A stretch of DNA of 64,000 nt from an uncultured Thermoproteaceae archaeon (GCA_964575955.1 CAZNTG010000009.1:1-64000); one strand, 5' to 3'; numbered from the stretch's first letter, positions 37,649 to 47,896 are shown. Notes: generated by a model not told the origin, from the sequence alone. Program-made: numbers and translations.

Positions 37649-39553
37649 ATGCATGTGCTGGAACATCATGGCAAGTATATTTCAGGTATTAAGATCATAA
37701 ACATTTCAGAAATTCACTATGAGCCTTTACTCAAGCTTTTTCAAAATATTCACAAGCTCTCTAGTAAGGTATTAATAATTTGGTTTAGAGATGATACAGG
37801 CTGTATTAATATTTACATCCTGCTTGTTGATTCCAGTCTGCAAGTGCTTTCATACATAAAAGCACTACTGGAAACATTAGATTCTTTAAGAAGTTTTCAA
37901 TATAAACCGATAGATATTAGAGATGTAGAATATATACATAAATTTCTTCAAGAGTTAAATCTGCGATACTGCATAGTAGGGACTTTGAGATCTATAGTAA
38001 CTAGATATGAAAAAGGATTAATAATGCTAAAACCTATAAGTAATGAAGATCTAACTCAAAGATTAAACTCATTAAGAAAAGCTATGGAATTAATATTAAC
38101 ATATTCTCAAGATAGTAAATGTGCTAGGACTTACGAGAAGAGTTTAAGAAAGATAGAAAAAGAGATTAGAAGGTTAGAAAGAGGATACGTGTCCAATACA
38201 TGGATTGGTATAATACTCGTAGATTCACCTATACAGTATGTCGAGAAAACGTTTACTGACACAAGATATGTAAGATTTATGAGAATTGATAATGATAACA
38301 GACTTCTAGAGATTGTTAAGAGACTAGACATACCCATGGACTTAGCACTAGACCCTGATATGATGTACATATTGTCGCCTAGATATTTAACATATCTATC
38401 ATCAAATGATATTTGCGAACTCATAATACCATCAAGTTCTGTACAATATAAATATTGTGAAGAAAATAGTATAGACTTGGGTAGTATTGTAGATTTAAAT
38501 CTTAATGAAATATCTAGAATGTGTATAAACTTGGAAGAGCTTGATAACATAGGCATATTTGGAGCAGCAAAATCAGGAAAAACAACAACAGCACAGAGGA
38601 TAGTAATAGAGTTTACTAAAAGTGGTGGAAAAGCTCTCATAATAGATTGGGACTTAAGTTGGAGAATGTTTTCAAATATTATTTCAAATATTAGAAAAAC
38701 TACTATATACGAAATCTCGCAAAATCTTGCTAATAGACTTAGGTGGAACCCTTTACGTCCTCCTATAGGTGTTAATTGGAAATTTTGGCTTGATAAATTT
38801 TCAAAATGGTTTTCTATCTGTTATAAACTAGATACTCACCAACTAAATATTATAAGAGATGTACTACACGAATTATATACTGAAAGTCTAAAACATAACA
38901 AATATCCGACTATAGTAGACCTATATAACAAAATCTTAGCTAAGTATAAAGATTCTGATAAAGATCTTAGAAAAGACCTAGATTTAATTTTGTCTAAACT
39001 TTGGAATTACACTAGAGGCGTAATGTCAGGAGTATTTGATAAAGATTATGATATAACGACTGTTGATATGTTGGAGAGTTCCGATATTGTAAGTATAGAG
39101 CTTGCAGAGTTAGATTACCAAGATAGAATTTTCATAACTGGCATGTTAATATTTCAACTATACTACACATGTTATATGAATAGAATGTCATTATCCACAC
39201 CACTCATGGTAGTCTTAGAAGATGCTCATAGAATTTTTAGAGAATATGATGACTATTCCAAATATGTTATAGAAAATCTATGGAGCGAAATATTTGAAAA
39301 ATCTAAAGTATACAACATATATATCACAGTAACTAGTCAGACTATACATACATTACCATCCTGGATACTGAACAACATAAAGATATACATCATACATACC
39401 GTACAATTACCTGATGATGTCGAAAAGATTCGTAAACTGTTAGGTGTTGATAAGACTATATTAAACATATTGCCAAAGTTGCCCAGTGGTTATGCTATTG
39501 TTAAGATACTTCCTAGAGATGTACATCTTGTTAGGATAAGGGCATCAGAGTAG
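37649..39553 (+). CDS. HerA/VirB4/FtsK-superfamily ATPase (DUF87-like)
   Basis: Walker A GAAKSGKT, IIDW, NPL.PP, Walker B VVLEDAH, SQ motif, LP.G.A.V. Confidence 0.85.
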   Translation: MHVLEHHGKYISGIKIINISEIHYEPLLKLFQNIHKLSSKVLIIWFRDDTGCINIYILLVDSSLQVLSYIKALLETLDSLRSFQYKPIDIRDVEYIHKFLQELNLRYCIVGTLRSIVTRYEKGLIMLKPISNEDLTQRLNSLRKAMELILTYSQDSKCARTYEKSLRKIEKEIRRLERGYVSNTWIGIILVDSPIQYVEKTFTDTRYVRFMRIDNDNRLLEIVKRLDIPMDLALDPDMMYILSPRYLTYLSSNDICELIIPSSSVQYKYCEENSIDLGSIVDLNLNEISRMCINLEELDNIGIFGAAKSGKTTTAQRIVIEFTKSGGKALIIDWDLSWRMFSNIISNIRKTTIYEISQNLANRLRWNPLRPPIGVNWKFWLDKFSKWFSICYKLDTHQLNIIRDVLHELYTESLKHNKYPTIVDLYNKILAKYKDSDKDLRKDLDLILSKLWNYTRGVMSGVFDKDYDITTVDMLESSDIVSIELAELDYQDRIFITGMLIFQLYYTCYMNRMSLSTPLMVVLEDAHRIFREYDDYSKYVIENLWSEIFEKSKVYNIYITVTSQTIHTLPSWILNNIKIYIIHTVQLPDDVEKIRKLLGVDKTILNILPKLPSGYAIVKILPRDVHLVRIRASE

Positions 39554-39559
39554 TTTTTA

Positions 39560-39608
39560 TCAGCGTACCGTGAGACGCTCATTGTTCGCCTTAGGTACAT
39601 CTCATCAT
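39560..39608 (-). ncRNA. C/D box guide sRNA overlapping the 3' end of fni
   Basis: Reverse strand ATGATGA-GATGTACCTAAG-GCGA-ACA-ATGAGCG-TCTCACGGTACG-CTGA; D guide can pair with conserved 23S GUACCGUGAGG (recalled consensus). Confidence 0.85.
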
Positions 39609-40694
39609 TCTATCTATACACTTACTTAATCTTCTAATTTTTAATATTTCTAATATTGATGGATCAGGTACTATTTCTACAGCTTTTCTTAGTTCTTCAA
39701 TATTTTTACAGTTTGTTATAAACATTGTTATTCTTAACTCTCTTATTAATCTTTCAACAAATTTACAAGCTTTTTCAAATCCTTCTAATGCTTTTTCTAA
39801 GAATGGTCTTGCTATAGATACAGCGTGTGCTCCTAATGCTAGCGTCTTTACAATATCTATACCTGTTCTAATTCCTCCAGATGCTATTATAACTCCATTA
39901 AATTCTTCTAAAACTTCACATAGTGACAATAGTGTTGGTATACCAACATCTCTAAACGATTTATACATCTCTAAAAGTTCTCTATCTAGAAAATCTTCAA
40001 CTCTATACAATTCTATAATTGTGAAATCTGTACCACCTCTACCAGCAATCTCTATCGCTGCTATACCAGCCTCCTTAAGTTTTCTAGCTGTCTTTCTAGA
40101 AATTCCAAAACCTACCTCCTTTACAATGATAGGCTTTTTCAAACTTCTAGAAAGATATCTAAGTTTCTCTATAATTTCTCTATATTGCGGTTCTCCCTCA
40201 TATTGAAGACACTCCTGAAGTGGATTGAGGTGTATTGCAAGTGCATCAGCATCAATCATATCTATGATACTATTACACATGTCTATAAGCACATTCTCAT
40301 CTATTTTAGATATCTGTGGAGCACCAATATTAGCTATCTTCAATGTTGTTGGTGCTTCTTCACGAATTATTGTGAATGTATATTTAGTTTCCGGCTTTTC
40401 TATAGCTATTCTCTGAGAACCACAACATATCCCTAATCTATACTTTTCAGCAATCTTCGCAAGAGTTTTATTAATTTTAAATCCAATCTCTGTACCTCCT
40501 GTTAATGCTCCAATAATTATCGGTGTTGAAAGTTTTTTACCAAAAATCTCCACCTCAGTATCTACATCTTTCAAATCTATCTCAGGTGCTGAGTCTGTTA
40601 TTATAAATATCTTATCAAGCCACGTACTTCCACTCTCAACATGTCTAAGTATTGAAGCTTTTATATGATCATCTTTTCTAGATATGATATTCAT
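39591..40694 (-). CDS. fni: Type 2 isopentenyl-diphosphate isomerase
   Basis: RKDDHI, TGG, GSQR, NIGAPQ, HLNPLQE, KEVGFG, G.GGT, ASGGIR. Confidence 0.96.
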   Translation of the reverse strand: MNIISRKDDHIKASILRHVESGSTWLDKIFIITDSAPEIDLKDVDTEVEIFGKKLSTPIIIGALTGGTEIGFKINKTLAKIAEKYRLGICCGSQRIAIEKPETKYTFTIIREEAPTTLKIANIGAPQISKIDENVLIDMCNSIIDMIDADALAIHLNPLQECLQYEGEPQYREIIEKLRYLSRSLKKPIIVKEVGFGISRKTARKLKEAGIAAIEIAGRGGTDFTIIELYRVEDFLDRELLEMYKSFRDVGIPTLLSLCEVLEEFNGVIIASGGIRTGIDIVKTLALGAHAVSIARPFLEKALEGFEKACKFVERLIRELRITMFITNCKNIEELRKAVEIVPDPSILEILKIRRLSKCIDRMMRCT

Positions 40695-40727
40695 TTATCA
40701 CTACCTATCTCAAATATTAATAATTTA

Positions 40728-41513
40728 TCAACCTTTACTTAGTTTTTCAAATTCGACAATAACTCTATCAACTATAGGTTTGAGATAGGTCTTAATTTCT
40801 ACACATTCAGTATATGGTGATCTACTTCTAGATATTGAATCTAGTACACAGTCTATGTATGGTATTTCACATATCTTATACATGTTTAATAGAGTATTTG
40901 TACTTACCTTAAACAGGTTTAGTCCTCTATAATTTGTCATGTTGTATACAACTCCAATAATTCTTATCTCAAGATCTTTTAGAATATCTACAAGTCTCTC
41001 AGTAACTTTTATAGATACAGGCTCCATCAATGTTACAGTTATTGCATATGATTTTGACTTTAAATATCTACAAGGTATTATGACTTCTTCACCTGTTCCT
41101 GGAGGCATATCAATTATAACTATATCAACATTCCACTTGACTGATGATAATATGTCTAGTACAGCCTTCTCTCTATAGTGACCTCTAATAGGTAGTGGAT
41201 TATCACCTATGAGTATTGCTGGTGAGAAGTAGTGTAAATTTTCTCTAATTTTTAAAGGTCCTTTCTCTTCTTCAAAATCTTTTACGGGAACTTCAATATT
41301 TAGAAATCTATGTGTTGAAAATCCATGTAAGTCAAGATCTAGTAATCCAACAGTCTTATCATTATACTCCTCAGATATGTACCATGCAAGTCCTGTAGAT
41401 ATGAAGGTCTTACCAACACCACCCTTACCACTACATACAAGTATTATCATCTTAACATCTTTAAAACAATCTTCAATACTTTTTCGATACCTATCTAAAA
41501 TATTTAAACTCAC
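40728..41513 (-). CDS. Mrp/MinD-family P-loop ATPase, probable ATPase-type HypB partner of HypA
   Basis: SGKGGVGKT, LDLDLHG, IDMPPGTGEE; lacks the CxxC of Fe-S carrier Mrp/Nbp35; overlaps hypA by 4 bp. Confidence 0.8.
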   Translation of the reverse strand: MSLNILDRYRKSIEDCFKDVKMIILVCSGKGGVGKTFISTGLAWYISEEYNDKTVGLLDLDLHGFSTHRFLNIEVPVKDFEEEKGPLKIRENLHYFSPAILIGDNPLPIRGHYREKAVLDILSSVKWNVDIVIIDMPPGTGEEVIIPCRYLKSKSYAITVTLMEPVSIKVTERLVDILKDLEIRIIGVVYNMTNYRGLNLFKVSTNTLLNMYKICEIPYIDCVLDSISRSRSPYTECVEIKTYLKPIVDRVIVEFEKLSKG

Positions 41514-41926
41514 TTTCTCACCTCAACTACTTTAACATCCATACCTTCAATAATTTCAAAATCTGGACTACCACATCTAGGACATCTAGTGTATGCATAT
41601 ATAGTACTTGGAACTAGGTGTACTGCTTCTAGGTATGTTTTTAATAATTCTTTATCCTGTATTGAAGATTCCATACTTTTCAAGACATCATTCCAAGACC
41701 ATACATATCCACATTCTTGACATCTAAATTTAGTATCTTCAATCTCAATATCGTATGAAATATTTTCAAAACCTAGAAGTTTAGCTACTTCATCTAATGC
41801 ATATTTGAAAATTTCTATATCTATCTGTACAAGCTTTCCAACTCTAATTTTGACATATCTTATAGATGTTCCATAAGTATCTTTAATAGATGCTAAAAGA
41901 CCATAAGCAATGCTCCATTCATGCAT
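41510..41926 (-). CDS. hypA: Nickel metallochaperone HypA
   Basis: MHEWSIA, CQECG...W, CPRCGSPDFEIIEG. Confidence 0.95.
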   Translation of the reverse strand: MHEWSIAYGLLASIKDTYGTSIRYVKIRVGKLVQIDIEIFKYALDEVAKLLGFENISYDIEIEDTKFRCQECGYVWSWNDVLKSMESSIQDKELLKTYLEAVHLVPSTIYAYTRCPRCGSPDFEIIEGMDVKVVEVRK

Positions 41927-41967
41927 TATGAATATTTACATTTTTCACAAATTTATCAGTTACCAAC

Positions 41968-44900
41968 TCATGTCTGTACTCTTCTAATACCAATACGAAC
42001 CTTCTTATCCTCAATATCCCAATCCATTATGAAACAGTCTTCAGGTATCTTATCAATCTTCACTATACTTATAGCTCTAGTCTCATTTTTGATATATTGT
42101 TCAAATTTCTGTACAGATTCTATAATGTCATTATCATCACATGTGTAGTATATCTCTATACGTTCATCAACTTGTAGATTCATTTTTCCACGCATGAATT
42201 GTACTCTTCTAACAAATTCTCTACAATATGCCTCAAGTAGAAGTTCTCTATCAATTTCTCTACTAATACCAACAACACCATAATTAGTCTCTTGACATAC
42301 TAGTGATTCATCACATCTAAACTCTGTCTCACGTATTTCAACTTCTTTAACATTTGCTAAATATTCTAATAGATGCTTAATATGACTTAACAATTTACAA
42401 TCATCAACATTCTTCATATAGATTATAGCTTTTCTGATAGGCCATCTTAACTTTATACCAATTCTATTTCTTAAATCTGCAATGTCTGAAAATACTGTAA
42501 ATAACATATCGAAAGCTTTTTCAATTCTCTCATCTATAAGCTCAATATCAGGTTCTGGAATTCTTGATAGATGAATACTTTCAACCTCACTAGGCTCAAA
42601 CTTTCTTATAAATGCTTGCCATAGATATTCAGATATGTGTGGTATGAATATTGAACCCATTATTAGAGTACCTTTAAGAACTTTATACAGTACTGCATAT
42701 GCCATATACTTAATATCAGACTCTTCCTCAATCCACACTCTCCTTCTTATAAGTCTTAGATAGCCATGACTTAGATCTTCAACTACTAGGTTAATCCACT
42801 CTCTTGCAGCAAGATGAATTTCCATATTCTCCATATAGTCTATAAATCTCCTTAATCTAGAGTTGAATCTTGACAATATCCATCTATCTTCAGGTAGTAG
42901 CTTATCGATATATTTCTCGACATTGTGTATTGCAGGGTTGAATTTGTCAAGACTCATGTATGTTTCTGCGAATTTTACGACATTCCACAATATTGTTAAT
43001 GTTCTCAAACTCTCTTTAATCTCGTCAGGATCGAATGACATTGCATCCCATGGAGCTACTTTATACGCTATGTATAGTCTACATGGATCAACTCCCCATT
43101 TCTCAAAGAGATCTTTAGCCCATATAACATTACCTTTAGACTTACTCATCTTTTGACCATACTTGTCCAATACGTGTCCTTGTATGAGTATTGATCTATA
43201 TGGTGCATATCCTGTCCATAGTACTGATGTTGCTAGTAGTGAATAGAACCATCCTCTAGTCTGATCTATAGCTTCTGTAACCCAATCATATGGATATAAT
43301 TTTTCGAAAAGTTCTCTATTTCTCAAACCGTCTACACTTGCTATCCATGCAACACCACTGTCAAGCCATACGTCAAGTACGAATGGTTCTCTAATCCATT
43401 CATCACAATCTTCTGTACATAGTTTAACCATGTCAATCCACGGTCTATGTACAAGTAGATCATCAGGAACTTGTGGTAACTCTTTTGCAAGCTTTTTCAA
43501 CTCCTCGATACTTCCAATAACTAGGATTTTAGATGGATCTCTTCTACATCTCCATACAGGTAGTGGTGTACCCCAAACTCTACTTCTACTGATAGTCCAA
43601 TCTCTAGCATTTGCAACCCAATTTTCAAATCTATCTCTTAGATGTTCGGGAATTATCTTAACCTTCTTCAACTCTTCAAGCATTCTATCTCTAATAGCTG
43701 TTATCTTTATGAACCACTGTCTATCAGCTCTATATATTAGCGGTGTTCCACATCTCCAACAATGTGGATATTTGTGCACTATAGTTTCCTCATGTACTAG
43801 TAAATCTCTCTCACGTAAAATCTTTATGACCTCTTTAGAAACTTCAAGCCAATACTTACCTGAAAATCTTCCACAATTATCATCAAAATATCCATTAATC
43901 TTAACACTATTAGTTATTGGTAGTCCATACTGTTTAGCTACTTCAAAATCTTCAGGTCCATGTGCAGGAGCCATATGTACAAGTCCTGTACCCATTTCGA
44001 GTGTTACAAAATCTGCTGTAACTATGTAATGTGCATTATCTTCATGTTGTCTATGTATTGGAACATCATCAATAAATATGTGTACATACTTCCTACCCTT
44101 CAACTCATCTCCAAACTTGACTTCAACAATCTCATATTCATCAACATTGAACTTACCCATCAATACGTTTACTAGATCTTCAGCAATCCACCAATATTCA
44201 ATTCTTCCTTTCCATCTTACTTTAACTTTAGCATATCTAAACTTTGGATTTACAGCAATAGCCTCATTATCAATTAATGTCCATGGTGTTGTTGTCCAGA
44301 TTATGTAGTATGTATTTTCCTCATCTTTAGAAGGAAACTTCACAAATATTGAAGGATCTTCACGATCTGCATATCCTAGATCAACTTCAGCATCACTTAA
44401 AGCTGTCTCACATCTAGGACAGAATGGGAGTACTCTATAATCTTCAAAAAGTAGACCTCTACTCCAAGCTTCTTTAATAAATGCCCATACATGCTCTATG
44501 TAGTATGCTCTACGTGTCTCATATGCATTTTCAAGATCTAGCCATAATGCTAGATCTTCAGTTGCATACTTCTTCCAATACTCTAGATAGTAATCTACAA
44601 GCTTGCTACACTCAATACTAAACTTATCAAGACCAAACTTCTCAACATCTTTCTTAGTCTTAAATCCAAGCTTCTTCTCAGTCTCAAGCTCAACAGGAAG
44701 ACCTTGCTCATCCCATCCAGCCTGTGCCCAAACCTCAAAACCTCTCAATCTCTTATACCTGAGAACTATGTCTTTATATGTCCTACCTCTAATATGTCCA
44801 ACATGTGGATAACCATTAGCTGTTGGAGGACCTTCTAAAAATGTGAATAACCTACCTTTCCAAGATACTTCACGCCACTTCTCAGGAATCTTATACTCTC

Positions 44901-44988
44901 TCCAGAAAGTTCTAACAATCTCTTCAACTTTCTTCACATTAAGCCTCTGGTCTAGTGTGAATCTATCAATAGAAACCACCTTACTCAT
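41968..44988 (-). CDS. ileS: Isoleucyl-tRNA synthetase
   Basis: EGPPTANG.PHVGH, GWD..GLP.E, WTTTPWTL, W.ISR.R.WGTPLP, DQTRGWF, KMSKS. Confidence 0.98.
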   Translation of the reverse strand: MSKVVSIDRFTLDQRLNVKKVEEIVRTFWREYKIPEKWREVSWKGRLFTFLEGPPTANGYPHVGHIRGRTYKDIVLRYKRLRGFEVWAQAGWDEQGLPVELETEKKLGFKTKKDVEKFGLDKFSIECSKLVDYYLEYWKKYATEDLALWLDLENAYETRRAYYIEHVWAFIKEAWSRGLLFEDYRVLPFCPRCETALSDAEVDLGYADREDPSIFVKFPSKDEENTYYIIWTTTPWTLIDNEAIAVNPKFRYAKVKVRWKGRIEYWWIAEDLVNVLMGKFNVDEYEIVEVKFGDELKGRKYVHIFIDDVPIHRQHEDNAHYIVTADFVTLEMGTGLVHMAPAHGPEDFEVAKQYGLPITNSVKINGYFDDNCGRFSGKYWLEVSKEVIKILRERDLLVHEETIVHKYPHCWRCGTPLIYRADRQWFIKITAIRDRMLEELKKVKIIPEHLRDRFENWVANARDWTISRSRVWGTPLPVWRCRRDPSKILVIGSIEELKKLAKELPQVPDDLLVHRPWIDMVKLCTEDCDEWIREPFVLDVWLDSGVAWIASVDGLRNRELFEKLYPYDWVTEAIDQTRGWFYSLLATSVLWTGYAPYRSILIQGHVLDKYGQKMSKSKGNVIWAKDLFEKWGVDPCRLYIAYKVAPWDAMSFDPDEIKESLRTLTILWNVVKFAETYMSLDKFNPAIHNVEKYIDKLLPEDRWILSRFNSRLRRFIDYMENMEIHLAAREWINLVVEDLSHGYLRLIRRRVWIEEESDIKYMAYAVLYKVLKGTLIMGSIFIPHISEYLWQAFIRKFEPSEVESIHLSRIPEPDIELIDERIEKAFDMLFTVFSDIADLRNRIGIKLRWPIRKAIIYMKNVDDCKLLSHIKHLLEYLANVKEVEIRETEFRCDESLVCQETNYGVVGISREIDRELLLEAYCREFVRRVQFMRGKMNLQVDERIEIYYTCDDNDIIESVQKFEQYIKNETRAISIVKIDKIPEDCFIMDWDIEDKKVRIGIRRVQT

Positions 44989-45021
44989 AGCTCAATCTAG
45001 GTCATGTTATAAATATTACCT

Positions 45022-45582
45022 TCATGGAGTCCACCACTCAAATGCTACTAAGTCAATCCTATTTTCAACTCTATTCCACGTAGCTAACACAAACCTCTTA
45101 TTAACACTATGTGAAAGTCTAGCTGCTCTAGTAATATCTAGAGCATTTATATCACGATCAGGATCTATGAAGTGTATAAGCATTGGTGCATGATCAATTC
45201 CAGGACCTCTTTCATATATTGCAAATAATGCTCCAAATTTAAGACCACTCTTAACTACATAACCTCTATCTCTAAAGTATCTATATATTTGATATATCTT
45301 ATCAAAATTCTTTATATATCTTCTACCTCTCTCGTACAACTCCTCAATACTAACTTTAGAACTGTCAGGTCTGTACACTTCTAAAATACCCTTCTCAACT
45401 AGGTATAGAGCCTCTATCAATGATAGTTGTAGTGGTGTTGAAATTTTATCAACTTCATCAGGTTTAACTTTGTCGTATCCTATAAATTTTCCATAGAAAC
45501 CCATCTTATATAACATTCTAGAATGTTCAATATTTGGTATTATTACTGAACTATCTGTGAGTATTCCAACAATCTTACTCAT
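45022..45582 (-). CDS. endA: tRNA-splicing endonuclease, catalytic subunit
   Basis: LSLIEALYL, VKSGLKFG.F..Y..GPG.DHA, RLSHSVNK (Tyr/His/Lys triad). Confidence 0.95.
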   Translation of the reverse strand: MSKIVGILTDSSVIIPNIEHSRMLYKMGFYGKFIGYDKVKPDEVDKISTPLQLSLIEALYLVEKGILEVYRPDSSKVSIEELYERGRRYIKNFDKIYQIYRYFRDRGYVVKSGLKFGALFAIYERGPGIDHAPMLIHFIDPDRDINALDITRAARLSHSVNKRFVLATWNRVENRIDLVAFEWWTP

Positions 45583-45588
45583 GGTATA

Positions 45589-45993
45589 TTATGAAGATCT
45601 AAATGCTCTCACAGTAGCCATGGTGTTATCAGCAATTCCAAGTCTTTTTAATTCATTCTCATTACACCAAACCTCATTTTTTGGAACGTTTACATCAAGT
45701 ATTACATCAAAGACATATCTTCTCTCTCTAGATCCACCACCTACAACTACAATCTCAACCTTATCCTTGATCTCAAGTTCTTGTGCAAGCTCAGGATTTA
45801 TTCTAGCCTTACCTTCATCAACATTCTTACTTCTCCTAACTCTAAGTCTTCTCTCCTTTCTTTCACGCTTCTCCTCTTTTCTAAACATGTCAGGTCTTAG
45901 GAATGATGGTATTATTAGTTTAGGCTGTGGTTCAGATTCTACCTTACTCTCACGTTCAACTTCTTCACTCTTCTTCTCTTCTGGTTTTGACAT
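45589..45993 (-). CDS. Hypothetical protein resembling a stand-alone Cdc48 N-terminal double-psi beta-barrel
   Basis: RLRV...V.EG.ARINP....L.I.D.VEI...VP...V........LGI......V pattern. Confidence 0.5.
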   Translation of the reverse strand: MSKPEEKKSEEVERESKVESEPQPKLIIPSFLRPDMFRKEEKRERKERRLRVRRSKNVDEGKARINPELAQELEIKDKVEIVVVGGGSRERRYVFDVILDVNVPKNEVWCNENELKRLGIADNTMATVRAFRSS

Positions 45994-46030
45994 GTCCATC
46001 TACCTATATAGATGATTCAGATTTTAAAAA

Positions 46031-47836
46031 CTAGCAACGTCTAACTATCTCAAGATTAAGTTTTTCACCAATCTCTAATAGTGATATTCTATTCTCAATT
46101 ACCTGTCTAACTATACCATACACATCATCAATCTTAACTCTAATCTGAGCTTTAGTATCTCTATCTCTCAATGTTACTGTATTATCTTCAACTGTCCTCT
46201 CATCAATAGTTAATGCTATAGGTACGCCAATCTCATCATATTTTGAATATCTATGACCAATACTACCATCATCATCATACACAACTTTCAAACCTTTTCT
46301 AGATAATTCTCTAAATATCTTCATACCAATATCTGTATATGGACTCTTCTTAACTATCGGTAAGATTGCAACTTTTATAGGTGCAATATCTGGAGGTAAT
46401 TTGAGAAGTATCTTACCACCTTCAACAACATTAAATGCATGTTCTATAGTTACGTAGAATATTCTATCAATACCAAATGATGGTTCTACAACGTGTGGTA
46501 TGAATTTTACAGTATGTATTTTACGTTTTTCAACTTTTATAAATACCATCTCCGGAGTTATTTCAAAGTTTTCAATTCTTATAGAGTTTCCTGATCTTAA
46601 GATATCTATCTTATCTCTATCTAAGTTTGATATTATTTTCATAACATCTCTAGCCTTATCACCATATACTTCTCTAATCTTTCCAGGATTTGGATAAACT
46701 CTAACTTCCTCAATTTCTAAAGGCTTTTCAAGCTTTCTCTCAGCTCTAAGTTCTCTACCACTAAACTTCTCATGTCTAGATAAGTCGTAGTCTGTTCTAT
46801 ATGCATGACCACTAACTTCAATCCATCCAAACCTTTCTGAATATACCATCTGGTCAAATGCATATGATGCATAGTGTGCTCTCTCTTCAGGAAGTTTAGC
46901 TAGAAAGTACTGGTGGTCTATAGGTATTCCAAGCTCATTAAGATATACTACTGATAATGCCATGAAGAATGCCATCCACTCATTGGGTACAATCTTCCTC
47001 TCAACAAGTTCATAGACTTTAAATTCTGAAGGTTTGGGATCTCTATTTTCCTCATATGCTCTTCTAGCTTCATCTTCAGTAACAACTCTAACATTTACAT
47101 CTCTAACATCTTCAATATATGGACATTTTGGATTTTCAGGATCGAAAAATAGCTCTATCTCCATCTGAGAAAACTCTCTCAATCTTATAAGTCCCTGTCT
47201 TGGAGAAATCTCATTTCTACCAACTTTACCAATCTGCACAATTCCAAGTGGTAATCTTCTACCTGCAAGATCAAAAACTCTACAGAAAGATACAAACATT
47301 CCCTGTGCAGTTTCTGGTCTAACATATCCAACATTAGTACTGTATGGTCCTATCGTTGTTTTAAATAGAAGATTAAACTTGTATACACTACTAAGCTCAC
47401 CACCACAGTGTGGACATTTTATAGAGTGTTCAATAATTAGTTTTTCAAGATCTTTATCTGTTAAACCTTCAGTCTTAATATGAATACCTCTACTAGAGAG
47501 TACTTCCTCTACTAGATGATCAGCCCTATACTTCCTACCACATTTTGTACATTCTACAACATAGTCAGTAAAGTGTTCAAGATGGCCACTAGCTTTAAAA
47601 ACAATTTCAGGCATTATTATCGGCGTCTCAATTTCATACATTATATCTTGATATGGATATACAAACACTTTTCTCCACTTTTCAATAATATTCTTCTTAA
47701 GCTCAACACCTAGAGGACCATAATCATAGAAACCTCCAACTTCGACAATACTTCTATAAATATCAAAGCTTGGCCATACAAATCCACGAGTTATTAAATA
47801 TTCCATTAATAGCTCACTCTTATCCTTACTAGACAT
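46031..47836 (-). CDS. glyS: Glycyl-tRNA synthetase (alpha2 type)
   Basis: YDYGPLG, SGH, RPETAQG, RNEISPRQGL.RLREF.QME, AHYA, EPSFGIDR. Confidence 0.98.
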   Translation of the reverse strand: MSSKDKSELLMEYLITRGFVWPSFDIYRSIVEVGGFYDYGPLGVELKKNIIEKWRKVFVYPYQDIMYEIETPIIMPEIVFKASGHLEHFTDYVVECTKCGRKYRADHLVEEVLSSRGIHIKTEGLTDKDLEKLIIEHSIKCPHCGGELSSVYKFNLLFKTTIGPYSTNVGYVRPETAQGMFVSFCRVFDLAGRRLPLGIVQIGKVGRNEISPRQGLIRLREFSQMEIELFFDPENPKCPYIEDVRDVNVRVVTEDEARRAYEENRDPKPSEFKVYELVERKIVPNEWMAFFMALSVVYLNELGIPIDHQYFLAKLPEERAHYASYAFDQMVYSERFGWIEVSGHAYRTDYDLSRHEKFSGRELRAERKLEKPLEIEEVRVYPNPGKIREVYGDKARDVMKIISNLDRDKIDILRSGNSIRIENFEITPEMVFIKVEKRKIHTVKFIPHVVEPSFGIDRIFYVTIEHAFNVVEGGKILLKLPPDIAPIKVAILPIVKKSPYTDIGMKIFRELSRKGLKVVYDDDGSIGHRYSKYDEIGVPIALTIDERTVEDNTVTLRDRDTKAQIRVKIDDVYGIVRQVIENRISLLEIGEKLNLEIVRRC

Positions 47837-47896
47837 CGAATCTAGTTTAAGTAAATGTAAATCGAGCTTATAAATAGTGTGTTAAATCTCGACTAC

